Virus record (IMG/VR): IMGVR_UViG_2671180846_000020
Source of the DNA: a virus
Lineage: Duplodnaviria > Heunggongvirae > Uroviricota > Caudoviricetes
Direction: 5' to 3' (one strand)
DNA: 29,281 nt
Shown here: positions 1 through 7,318 of the stretch, piece by piece
Layout: every line of letters begins with the position of its first letter
Position numbering within the stretch: position 1 is the first letter of the stretch
Made by a program: the position numbers and the translations under genes
The notes under the pieces: model-generated
Databases searched by the model: none
What the model was told of the DNA's origin: nothing
The model's input: the letters and a program-made list of their open reading frames with translations, nothing else

Positions 1-230
1 TGTCACTTAAGCGTATGGTCAACCTGACAACCCGGTGTCCTCAACGGGGAAGGAATAACCCCGCCATACTTACCGCCGCGCCATTTTGCGGGTTGCCACA
101 ACCGGAAGCGCACGGTCGAATTAAATTTAACGACACCGTACAGTGAGACGAACTTCGCCGTGCGCTTTCGTGTTGTGTGCCTGCTTTTAACCACGTCAGG
201 CGAGGTGGTATCCTTAAAATCACCACAGTT

Positions 231-806
231 TTAAGGATTCATTAAGCAATGTCGCAACCACCAATAAATCCGCTTAAGAACATGAAAATTGATTACTGGT
301 ATAAAGCGCTTACAGTTGTTGGCGCTGCGTTGTTTGTCTTTAATGGAACGTCTTTTTTTGACAGATATCCCGTTGTTCCATTGGGTTTTTTGTCCTCCGG
401 CATCTTTTTTATTGGTTTGGGGGAGTGGATTAATCACCCTCTCATAGTGAGATTTATTGGTCCTGGAGTTTGGACTCGTGGATATAATCGTTCTTCGTGC
501 GCACTCGGTATCATCTTCGACATACTTGGTTGTTTCCTGATTGTTACAGGAGTCGTCAAGTTCTTCTGATGTAAAACCGCAAATGGGGCACGTAACGGGA
601 ATTTTGAAAAGCGTTTCTCCGGGTTCCAGAACAAAATTTTCTGCGGTCTGATTTTGCTTCTCATATTTGTGCTCCGCGTCATTGTGAGAGCACATTCTTA
701 TTCTGAGTGCCTGTTTAAACTCACTGAAGCTGAGAGCTTCTTCGCCTTCGGCAAGGCCTTCGAAGTATTCTTCGTAAGCCTTTTCCATGATTGTGTTGAA
801 ATCCAT
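231..806 (-). CDS. hypothetical leftward early protein (YdaG-like N-terminus), possibly extended by read-through
   Basis: Start MDFNTIMEKAYEEYFEG at 806 with AGGTGA SD 5 nt upstream, immediately after the stop of the upstream 51-aa gene (operon-like packing). The N-terminal ~90 aa are acidic and protein-like; the C-terminal part is K/N/R-rich and is antisense to the 3-TM ORF, so the true 3' end is uncertain. Confidence 0.4.
   Translation of the reverse strand: MDFNTIMEKAYEEYFEGLAEGEEALSFSEFKQALRIRMCSHNDAEHKYEKQNQTAENFVLEPGETLFKIPVTCPICGFTSEELDDSCNNQETTKYVEDDTECARRTIISTSPNSRTNKSHYERVINPLPQTNKKDAGGQKTQWNNGISVKKRRSIKDKQRSANNCKRFIPVINFHVLKRIYWWLRHCLMNP
249..569 (+). CDS. small putative membrane protein (three predicted TM helices)
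   Basis: ORF of 106 aa with three hydrophobic stretches of about 18-20 residues separated by charged loops; AAGGA Shine-Dalgarno about 10 nt upstream of the ATG. It overlaps a minus-strand ORF antisense, so only one of the two may be real in the overlap. Confidence 0.4.
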   Translation: MSQPPINPLKNMKIDYWYKALTVVGAALFVFNGTSFFDRYPVVPLGFLSSGIFFIGLGEWINHPLIVRFIGPGVWTRGYNRSSCALGIIFDILGCFLIVTGVVKFF

Positions 807-807
807 A

Positions 808-963
808 TCACTCACCTGAGTTTCTTTCCAGCCAGCGACGGGCACCATTTTCGGTTTTAAACGTTTTGCTTTTGGTATACGTCATCGCGGTGAACGTGCC
901 GTCCTGGTTGGGGAACACGCCACATACCAGAGATTCGCTGTTGCCAAGATCGATAGTATCCAT
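808..963 (-). CDS. small hypothetical protein, 51 aa (Rac YdaF-like by size and position)
   Basis: ATG at 963 (MDTIDLGNSESLVCGVFPNQDGTFTAMTYTKSKTFKTENGARRWLERNSGE) preceded by a GGGGA/GAGG SD; the stop abuts the next leftward start at 806. The YdaF assignment is from memory of size and synteny, not a search. Confidence 0.45.
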   Translation of the reverse strand: MDTIDLGNSESLVCGVFPNQDGTFTAMTYTKSKTFKTENGARRWLERNSGE

Positions 964-1078
964 GCTGACCTCATTTCCCCTTAACGCCGGGGTAGCGGAA
1001 CTGTTTGCTGAGAACACCGTGCGGTGTCTTGATGGAGGTAATTTAGTTTTCTCATTATTTTTCGTCAAGGTTTTTTGA

Positions 1079-1091
1079 TGAGAAAACTCAA
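1079..1091. promoter_or_regulatory. putative left operator half-site pair (TGAGAAAACTCA)
   Basis: Inverted arms TGAG/CTCA around AAAA; nearly the same motif recurs at 1614-1627 on the other side of the repressor gene, an OL/OR-like arrangement. Confidence 0.4.
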
Positions 1092-1155
1092 GTGTTGGCG
1101 CAAGATAAAGCCAATACATTGAAATGTAAGGCTTTAAAATTTTGTGAAGGGATGA

Positions 1156-1563
1156 TTATTGATGCTTGTTGCGTTTGCGAGCCTCTAATAGCTCGGTGAA
1201 CAGGCGATTAAAATTCTCAACGCGGGCGCGGAGTTCGCTGAGTTGTGCTTGTTGCTCTGATTTAGGAAGTGCGCGATACAAACGCAGCATCTCTAACTCA
1301 TCTTCCGATAAGTCTAAGGCACTATCGAGTGAAACAGGGGGAGCTGGTGTTTTGTCCTCGTCGCCAAACAGTATCCAAGTTGGTGAACATTGCAATACCT
1401 CGGCGAGGCGATGCAAATTTTGCCCGCGCGGGGCTGTATGGTCACTTTCCCATAATGAAATTGATGAGCCAGATACGCCAGCAGCTTTGCTTAAACCGTT
1501 TTGACTTAAGCCTACCTGCTTACGTCTTTCTCTAATGCGTTGACCTAAAGTTTTCTCGTTCAT
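1156..1563 (-). CDS. phage repressor, XRE-family HTH, no S24 peptidase domain (RacR-like)
   Basis: N-terminal HTH-like segment (TLGQRIRERRKQVGLSQNGLSKAAGVSGSSISLWE) in a protein of only 135-152 aa; sits divergent to a Cro-like gene. Start taken at the internal Met (1563); the ORF track allows a start at 1614. Confidence 0.7.
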   Translation of the reverse strand: MNEKTLGQRIRERRKQVGLSQNGLSKAAGVSGSSISLWESDHTAPRGQNLHRLAEVLQCSPTWILFGDEDKTPAPPVSLDSALDLSEDELEMLRLYRALPKSEQQAQLSELRARVENFNRLFTELLEARKRNKHQ

Positions 1564-1640
1564 ATTTAGATATCTTAATAACCCTTGACTTGAGATTCCT
1601 TGAGTGATTAGCATTGAGAAAACTCAATATTGGAGGTGCG
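1564..1640. promoter_or_regulatory. divergent promoter/operator region between repressor and Cro-like gene
   Basis: TTGACT -35-like hexamer, repeated TTGAG half-sites, the inverted repeat TTGAGAAAACTCAA at 1614-1627, then a GGAGGTG SD before the ATG at 1641. Confidence 0.5.
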
Positions 1641-1868
1641 ATGTTTAAATCAGACGTAATTAATTTTTACGGTACGAAAGCCAAAGTAGCGAAAGCTGCT
1701 GGCGTTGACCCATCTGCTGTTTCTCAATGGCAAGAGCTGGTTCCTGAAGGTCGCGCGATGCGTCTACAGGAGGCATCTGGCGGCGAGCTTCTGTATGATC
1801 CCAAGGTTTATGACGAATATCGTAAGACGAAGCGGGCGGGGCGGTTGAACAATGAAAATCACTCCTGA
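1641..1868 (+). CDS. Cro-like / YdaS-family HTH regulator
   Basis: 75-aa protein with the motif KAKVAKAAGVDPSAVSQWQ typical of Cro/YdaS-type small DNA-binding proteins; divergent from the repressor and first gene of the rightward operon. Confidence 0.65.
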   Translation: MFKSDVINFYGTKAKVAKAAGVDPSAVSQWQELVPEGRAMRLQEASGGELLYDPKVYDEYRKTKRAGRLNNENHS

Positions 1869-2373
1869 ACAGGCTCGTGAGGCTCTGGATGCCTGGATAT
1901 GTCGACCAGGAATGACACAGGAGCAGGCGACGATATTAATCACTGAAGCATTCTGGGCTTTGAAAGAGCGCCCGAACATCGATGTTCAGCGTGTCACAGA
2001 TGAAGGTGGCGCGGTTGATCAGCGAGCACTTGGCGTTAATCGAGTGAAGATATTCGAACGCTGGAAGGCTATCGACACCAGGGATAAGCGTGAAAAGTTC
2101 ACGGCGCTAGTGCCTGCAATTATGGAGGCTATTCGGATTAATGATTTCAGGTTGTATCGTGAAATTAGTGACGGAAAAAGCATCACGTACATGATCGCCG
2201 GGTTAAACAAAGAATATGGCGATGTGGTGGAGTCCGGACTGCTTTTTGCTGATCCTGCCGTAGTGGATCGTGAAACTGACGAACTTATAGAAAAAGCAAT
2301 TGCTTTCAAACTTGCGTATCGACAGCAATACCAACAAAAAGCTGGATGGAATTATGAGCCTTCTTTTTGCTGA
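1852..2373 (+). CDS. YdaT-like protein (position-based), function uncertain
   Basis: 173-aa ORF overlapping the Cro-like stop and followed by the replication initiator, the position YdaT occupies in Rac-type prophages. The family assignment is not verified by alignment. Confidence 0.55.
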   Translation: MKITPEQAREALDAWICRPGMTQEQATILITEAFWALKERPNIDVQRVTDEGGAVDQRALGVNRVKIFERWKAIDTRDKREKFTALVPAIMEAIRINDFRLYREISDGKSITYMIAGLNKEYGDVVESGLLFADPAVVDRETDELIEKAIAFKLAYRQQYQQKAGWNYEPSFC

Positions 2374-3319
2374 ACGCCCACTGGTTATAAACACACAGCT
2401 TGCGATGAAGATTGGCTTAAATGAAGCCATTGTGTTGCAGCAGTTGCATTACTGGTTGAGAGATACCAATTCCGGCATGGAATGTGATGGTGTTCGCTGG
2501 ATTTACAACACAACGGAACAATGGCTGGAACAGTTCCCATTCTGGTCAGAGTCAACGTTAAAGCGCGCGTTTGCAAGTCTGAAAACGCTGGGGCTTTTGC
2601 GTTGTGAAAAGCTCAATAAATCAAAGCGCGATATGACCAATTTCTACACGATCAACTACGGGAGCGAGCTTTTAGATGGTGGCAAATTGAGCGAATCCAT
2701 CGGTTTAAAATGCGCCGCTCCATCAGGTCAAAATGACACGATGGAAGAGGTCAAAATGAAACGCTCCATTGGTTCAAAACGACCCAATGTCATCGGGTCA
2801 AAATGGCCTGATGATCTTACAGAGAATACAACAGAGATTACTACAGAGAATAAAAACACTTTTCGTCCGGAAGCTTCGCAACCGGACCAGCAGACCGCTG
2901 AACAGGATTTTTTAACCCGGAACCCCGACGCGGTTGTGTTTAGTGCGAAAAAACGCCAGTGGGGTAGCAGGGAGGATTTGGCGTGTGCGCAGTGGATTTG
3001 GGGGCGGATCGTGAACCTTTACGAACAGGCTGCCAGCGACGATGGAGAGATCATGCGACCAAAAGAGCCTAACTGGACAGCCTGGGCCAATGACGTGCGC
3101 ACAATGCGGATGCTGGATGGCAGAAGCCACAGACAAATTTGCGAAATGTTTGGTCGGGTACAGCGAGATCAATTCTGGGTAAAAAACATCATGAGCCCGT
3201 CAAAACTCCGCGAAAAATGGGACGAACTGGTCATCCGCCTGGGACGTTCACCTGTACAGCGTTGTGTGAATCATATTTCTGAACCGGATACAGAAATTCC
3301 GCCTGGTTTCAGGGGATAA
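2354..3319 (+). CDS. phage replication initiation / replisome organiser protein (O-like, YdaU-like)
   Basis: 321-aa protein in the replication position of the rightward operon; its N-terminal region resembles phage replisome-organiser domains. Start could be 2300 or 2354. Confidence 0.6.
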   Translation: MSLLFAERPLVINTQLAMKIGLNEAIVLQQLHYWLRDTNSGMECDGVRWIYNTTEQWLEQFPFWSESTLKRAFASLKTLGLLRCEKLNKSKRDMTNFYTINYGSELLDGGKLSESIGLKCAAPSGQNDTMEEVKMKRSIGSKRPNVIGSKWPDDLTENTTEITTENKNTFRPEASQPDQQTAEQDFLTRNPDAVVFSAKKRQWGSREDLACAQWIWGRIVNLYEQAASDDGEIMRPKEPNWTAWANDVRTMRMLDGRSHRQICEMFGRVQRDQFWVKNIMSPSKLREKWDELVIRLGRSPVQRCVNHISEPDTEIPPGFRG

Positions 3320-3359
3320 GTGTTGATTTTAGGGTATAAAGTAATGTTCAGGAGGACTT

Positions 3360-3779
3360 GTGGCAAAAGTTTTTACACAAGAAGAGCGGGAAAAAATTAA
3401 AGGGCAGGTGGTGGAACTCGTACGCCAGAGTGGGCGCGAGACGTTACGACAACTGGAAGCTAAAACTGGGGCAACAAGATATCTGATGAGCGTTCTGGCC
3501 AGAGAGCTGGTTGCCAGTGGCGATGTATACAGCTCTGGTTACGGGTTATTCCCGTCTGAACAGGCGCGTAAGGACTGGCAAAACGCCCGCAAAAAACTCT
3601 CGAGGGCAAAGGTGAAGAAACCTGCTGTGGTTGATCCGGACCTTATCTGGTCATTACCTGACGGAGAAATACGTCGCTACGACAGTCGTCTAAACATAAT
3701 CTGTCGCGAGTGCCGGAAGGCAAGGAGAAGCAGGCTATTGTTAACACCAAGCTGTAATGTCCCCTTTGAACCATTCTAA
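3360..3779 (+). CDS. hypothetical protein, GTG start, C-terminus possibly altered by the adjacent insertion
   Basis: 139-aa ORF with a basic, DNA-binding-like character and no Walker A motif, so it is not a DnaC/P-like loader. It ends directly before the transposase gene. Confidence 0.4.
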   Translation: MAKVFTQEEREKIKGQVVELVRQSGRETLRQLEAKTGATRYLMSVLARELVASGDVYSSGYGLFPSEQARKDWQNARKKLSRAKVKKPAVVDPDLIWSLPDGEIRRYDSRLNIICRECRKARRSRLLLTPSCNVPFEPF

Positions 3780-5450
3780 AATGTCCCCAGACAATTCTCT
3801 GGGGGATTTTTCATGATCAAAGAGACTGTTACGATGAGTCATAAGGAACTCCACCGACTTCAGATTATTCAGGAGTCAATTAATCGACATATTACTCAGG
3901 AACAAGCTGCGGCACGCATTGGCATTTCTATTCGGCAGGTTAAACGTCTGGTGCAACGGTATAGAAATGAAGGGCCTTCTGGTCTGGTTTCCCACCGACG
4001 TGGAAAGCGTCCTAATAATTCCTTTTCTACTGAATTCAGAGCAACAGTAATTTCACTCCTCAAAGGCCGTTACGCTGATTTTGGACCTACGTTTGCGTGC
4101 GAAAAATTGCGCGAGATACACGGTTTATCTTTATCCGTTGAAACTCTCAGAAAGTGGATGATAGAAGAGGGGTTATGGCGTGAACGCCGTCGTAAAATTG
4201 CCCGTATATATCAACGCCGCATGCGACGACCATCTTACGGTGAACTGATCCAGATTGATGGCTCACCTCATGACTGGTTTGAAAATCGAGGCCCCAGATG
4301 TACACTGATCGTTTTCATTGATGATGCCACCAGTGCGTTGATGGCGTTGCGTTTTGTGCCTGCTGAAACAACCCGGGCTTACATGGAAACCCTCCGGGGT
4401 TACCTTAATGATCATGGCGTACCGCTCGCTCTCTACTCTGATAGACACAGTATATTCAGGGTAAATAACCCAGAGCGGGAAGGTGAGCTGACCCAGTTCA
4501 CTCGTGCGATAAAGACACTGGGCATCGAGCCAATCCATGCCAACAGCCCGCAGGCAAAAGGGCGGGTAGAGCGCGCCAATCAGACACTACAGGACAGGCT
4601 GGTCAAAGAAATGCGGCTTCAGAATATCAGTGATATTGAAACAGCAAATGCATGGTTGCCGACCTTTATTGAAGCCTATAACAACCGGTTCGCTACGTCG
4701 CCTCGTACTACTGATAATGCTCATCTTGATGTGCACCATTCTGAAGAGGAACTGGGTTATATCTTCAGCCTACAGGCGAAGCGCGTTCTGTCTAAAAATC
4801 TCACTTTCCAGTACAAAAGCAGTGCGTTTCAGGTACGCAGTGAGGGCCGGGGATATCGACTTAGGCATTCGGTTGTTACTGTATGTGAGAACTTTGACGG
4901 TGAAATTAACGTTCTGTATGACGGGAAAGCGCTGGGCTGGGAAAAGTATGTTGATGGCCCGGAGCCTATACCACTGGATGATGAAAAGAGTGTCCATGAA
5001 CGAGTGGATAATGCCCGTATTGATTTACGCTCAAAATACTATGTTAAATCTAAAGCTGACCATCCCTGGCTTACGCGCCGAACGCAAAGTCATCAGCAAG
5101 TTAAGCCCCCGAAGTTACCTAAAAAGAAGCCTGATCCCGATAAAATAGATTGAAACCAAGATCGATTCGGTTGAGTGCATATCCATTCATAGGGTAGATT
5201 CTTAAGTCGCGTTTCTGATGTTCATTTTCGGGTGGTTTGTTACTTGTTTTACCGGGGATATGCCAGAAACGCGCTGAGTCAGTCTGGGCGGTGCGCGTAA
5301 TGAGGCGTTATGGTAAATAGCCTATGCTAATGTCCGCTAAGAGCAAGAAGCGGAAGTTGGCAGTTTTGTGGACTGTCCCCACAAAAGTGACTACAGAAAT
5401 AGTTGCAATTCATAATTGATCATGGGTTGTCAGTTAAACTCGTGGCGATT
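3780..5450 (+). mobile_element. insertion sequence carrying a single DDE transposase (IS481/ISNCY-like); ends not resolved
   Basis: One 446-aa transposase gene with no phage role sits between the replication genes and flxA. I could not identify terminal inverted repeats or a target-site duplication by eye, so the boundaries are approximate. Confidence 0.45.
3813..5153 (+). CDS. DDE transposase, integrase-core (rve) type with N-terminal HTH
   Basis: N-terminal HTH (ITQEQAAARIGISIRQVKRLVQRY) and a D-D-E catalytic pattern (LIQIDGSPHDW ... LALYSDRHSIF ... QAKGRVERANQTLQDR) with the basic residue after E typical of the retroviral-integrase fold. Confidence 0.85.
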   Translation: MIKETVTMSHKELHRLQIIQESINRHITQEQAAARIGISIRQVKRLVQRYRNEGPSGLVSHRRGKRPNNSFSTEFRATVISLLKGRYADFGPTFACEKLREIHGLSLSVETLRKWMIEEGLWRERRRKIARIYQRRMRRPSYGELIQIDGSPHDWFENRGPRCTLIVFIDDATSALMALRFVPAETTRAYMETLRGYLNDHGVPLALYSDRHSIFRVNNPEREGELTQFTRAIKTLGIEPIHANSPQAKGRVERANQTLQDRLVKEMRLQNISDIETANAWLPTFIEAYNNRFATSPRTTDNAHLDVHHSEEELGYIFSLQAKRVLSKNLTFQYKSSAFQVRSEGRGYRLRHSVVTVCENFDGEINVLYDGKALGWEKYVDGPEPIPLDDEKSVHERVDNARIDLRSKYYVKSKADHPWLTRRTQSHQQVKPPKLPKKKPDPDKID

Positions 5451-5589
5451 TAAATAGACTAATTGGGAGTGCGTCCATTACTTATATCTTGTAATGTTAA
5501 CTATCAGAAATGATACAAAGATAATATGTCTTTAAAGAAAAGGCTGATGGCGAAAAGTGGCCCGATGAGGGCCACAATACGGCTGTCAC

Positions 5590-5922
5590 TTAGACGTAAA
5601 TATCAATGGTGCCAGCGGTATTTGTATCGTCTTTTTTCTCTTCTTTTTTATCAGGCTGAACTGTCGCGTCTTTATTCTTTTTCTCTGCCTGCTGCCTTAA
5701 CAACTGCTCCAGTTGAGCCCTGAGGCTTTCAATTTGCTTCTGTACCAATGCAGCCATTTCTTTTTTCTGCTGTGTCGTCATCCCCTCTTCCGATGAGATT
5801 TTCCCAAGCTTTTCAGTCAGCACCTGAATTTGTCTTGTGATTTTGGCTATTTCTGATGTTCCTTCCGGGGCGGAGTTGTTTGAAATAACGGTTGAGGTAT
5901 TTCCCTGAATTGTGACAGACAT
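5590..5922 (-). CDS. flxA: FlxA (FliA-regulated protein)
   Basis: 110-aa protein MSVTIQGNTSTVISNNSAPEGTSEIAKITRQIQ... recognised as FlxA of the Qin prophage; a sigma-28-type promoter lies upstream. Confidence 0.8.
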   Translation of the reverse strand: MSVTIQGNTSTVISNNSAPEGTSEIAKITRQIQVLTEKLGKISSEEGMTTQQKKEMAALVQKQIESLRAQLEQLLRQQAEKKNKDATVQPDKKEEKKDDTNTAGTIDIYV

Positions 5923-5945
5923 AGATTTCTCCTTTTAAAAAAGCA

Positions 5946-5972
5946 CTATCGGCATGCACAAAAAAATCTTTA
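5946..5972 (-). promoter_or_regulatory. sigma-28 (FliA) promoter for flxA
   Basis: On the minus strand TAAAGATT-N11-GCCGATAG, a close match to the sigma-28 consensus TAAAGTTT-N11-GCCGATAA, just upstream of flxA. Confidence 0.55.
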
Positions 5973-6124
5973 ATCGTATTTCTTGTGTCATTAATTGTTT
6001 GATGTTCAGATTGTTTTCCTCGCGGGCTGGCGCGCCTCAGAAAGTAAAGCTTGTTGACAGGGGTAAACGTTCGGCAATAATTTTCTGCCGCATGCGGGTG
6101 TTGCATAAAACGTGCTACGTTCCT

Positions 6125-6430
6125 TTATCGACAGGTCAGGTCACCGCTCACCCGCCGACGAGAAAGCAACACTGACATGCTAAAGCAAAAAATAGATGAA
6201 TAAGTTGAGTTGTGCATATGTAGCCTGACCGTCACAAAGTATATGGTGTCTGTACCAGTAAGATGATGGCCGGACTCTTTAAAAACGAGCTGACCTGCAC
6301 AATACAGGATGGACTTAGCAATGGCTGCTCCTGGCACAAAGCGGACAGTGATCACCGTTCTTACGACTACTTTCTGACTTCCTTCGTGACTTGCCCTAAG
6401 CATGTTGTAGTGCGATACTTGTAATGACAT
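6125..6430 (-). CDS. doubtful ORF, 101 aa (YdfV-like by position and length)
   Basis: Length and position match the YdfV ORF annotated next to relB in Qin, but the composition is not protein-like and its start lies inside the relBE operator. Confidence 0.25.
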   Translation of the reverse strand: MSLQVSHYNMLRASHEGSQKVVVRTVITVRFVPGAAIAKSILYCAGQLVFKESGHHLTGTDTIYFVTVRLHMHNSTYSSIFCFSMSVLLSRRRVSGDLTCR

Positions 6431-6454
6431 TTGTAATTACAAGAGGTGTAAGAC
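6395..6454 (+). promoter_or_regulatory. relBE promoter and operator
   Basis: The palindromic repeat TTGTAATGACATTTGTAATTACAA lies immediately upstream of the relB start, as in the known relO operator. Confidence 0.6.
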
Positions 6455-6694
6455 ATGGGTAGCATTAACCTGCGTATTGACGATGAACTTAAAGCGCGTT
6501 CTTACGCCGCGCTTGAAAAAATGGGTGTAACTCCTTCTGAAGCGCTTCGTCTCATGCTCGAGTATATCGCTGACAATGAACGCTTGCCGTTCAAACAGAC
6601 ACTCCTGAGTGATGAAGATGCTGAACTTGTGGAGATAGTGAAAGAACGGCTTCGTAATCCTAAGCCAGTACGTGTGACGCTGGATGAACTCTGA
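6455..6694 (+). CDS. relB: RelB antitoxin
   Basis: 79-aa protein MGSINLRIDDELKARSYAALEKMGVTPSEALRLMLEYIADNERLPFKQ... recognised as RelB; its stop overlaps the relE start (ATGA). Confidence 0.9.
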   Translation: MGSINLRIDDELKARSYAALEKMGVTPSEALRLMLEYIADNERLPFKQTLLSDEDAELVEIVKERLRNPKPVRVTLDEL

Positions 6695-6981
6695 TGGCGT
6701 ATTTTCTGGATTTTGACGAGCGGGCACTAAAGGAATGGCGAAAGCTGGGCTCGACGGTACGTGAACAGTTGAAAAAGAAGCTGGTTGAAGTACTTGAGTC
6801 ACCCCGGATTGAAGCAAACAAGCTCCGTGGTATGCCTGATTGTTACAAGATTAAGCTCCGGTCTTCAGGCTATCGCCTTGTATACCAGGTTATAGACGAG
6901 AAAGTTGTCGTTTTCGTGATTTCTGTTGGGAAAAGAGAACGCTCGGAAGTATATAGCGAGGCGGTCAAACGCATTCTCTGA
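6694..6981 (+). CDS. relE: RelE mRNA interferase toxin
   Basis: 95-aa protein MAYFLDFDERALKEWRKLGSTVREQLKKKL... recognised as RelE, translationally coupled to relB. Confidence 0.9.
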   Translation: MAYFLDFDERALKEWRKLGSTVREQLKKKLVEVLESPRIEANKLRGMPDCYKIKLRSSGYRLVYQVIDEKVVVFVISVGKRERSEVYSEAVKRIL

Positions 6982-7052
6982 ACCAAAGCATGACATCTCT
7001 GTTTCGCACCGAAGGTGACACTTCTGCTTTGCGTTGACAGGAGAAGCAGGCT

Positions 7053-7100
7053 ATGAAGCAGCAAAAGGCGATGTTAATCGCCCTGATCGTCATCTGTTTA
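7053..7100 (+). CDS. hokD: Hok-family toxin (HokD/RelF-like), N-terminal 16 codons only; rest masked by the N run
   Basis: MKQQKAMLIALIVICL is the start of a Hok-type membrane toxin immediately downstream of relE, then the sequence becomes N from 7101. Confidence 0.6.
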
Positions 7101-7157
7101 NNNNNNNNNNNNNNNNNNNNNNNNNNNNNNNNNNNNNNNNNNNNNNNNNNNNNNNNN
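7101..7157. other. run of 57 N (gap or masked sequence)
   Basis: Uninterrupted N characters in the supplied sequence; it interrupts the hok gene. Confidence 0.99.
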
Positions 7158-7171
7158 CGCACCCGCACTTA

Positions 7172-7203
7172 ACCCGCTTCGGCGGGTTTTTGTTTTTATT
7201 TTC
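7172..7203 (+). terminator. rho-independent terminator after hok
   Basis: Hairpin CCCGC-TTCG-GCGGG followed by TTTTTGTTTTTATTTT. Confidence 0.55.
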
Positions 7204-7318
7204 AACGCGTTTGAAGTTCTGGACGGTGCCGGAATAGAATCAAAAATACTTAAGTAGCGCGCAGGGATAAGAGGGATGGTCCCTTAAAGGGGAGAGCTAA
7301 TTATCCGGAAGGATTCTG

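Noticed and set aside
3-226. Two minus-strand ORFs (63 and 61 aa) at the window start, and a tRNA-like GGTCGAAT segment
   Set aside because: The translations are Arg/Pro-rich with no SD or motif. The GGTCGAAT stretch lacks an acceptor stem and CCA context, so no tRNA or CDS is called. The region may be a 3' UTR or part of a gene that starts off-window.
866-1078. Plus-strand 70-aa ORF opposite the 51-aa leftward gene
   Set aside because: It is antisense to a better-supported, tightly packed minus-strand gene and has no SD; treated as an antisense artefact.
4263-5148. Alternative-frame and antisense ORFs inside the transposase gene (4263-4538 minus, 4630-5148 plus, 4770-4997 minus)
   Set aside because: They lie entirely within a gene that has a clear DDE catalytic signature; the usual shadow ORFs.
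5526-5723. Plus-strand 65-aa ORF overlapping flxA
   Set aside because: Antisense to the recognisable flxA gene; low-complexity translation.
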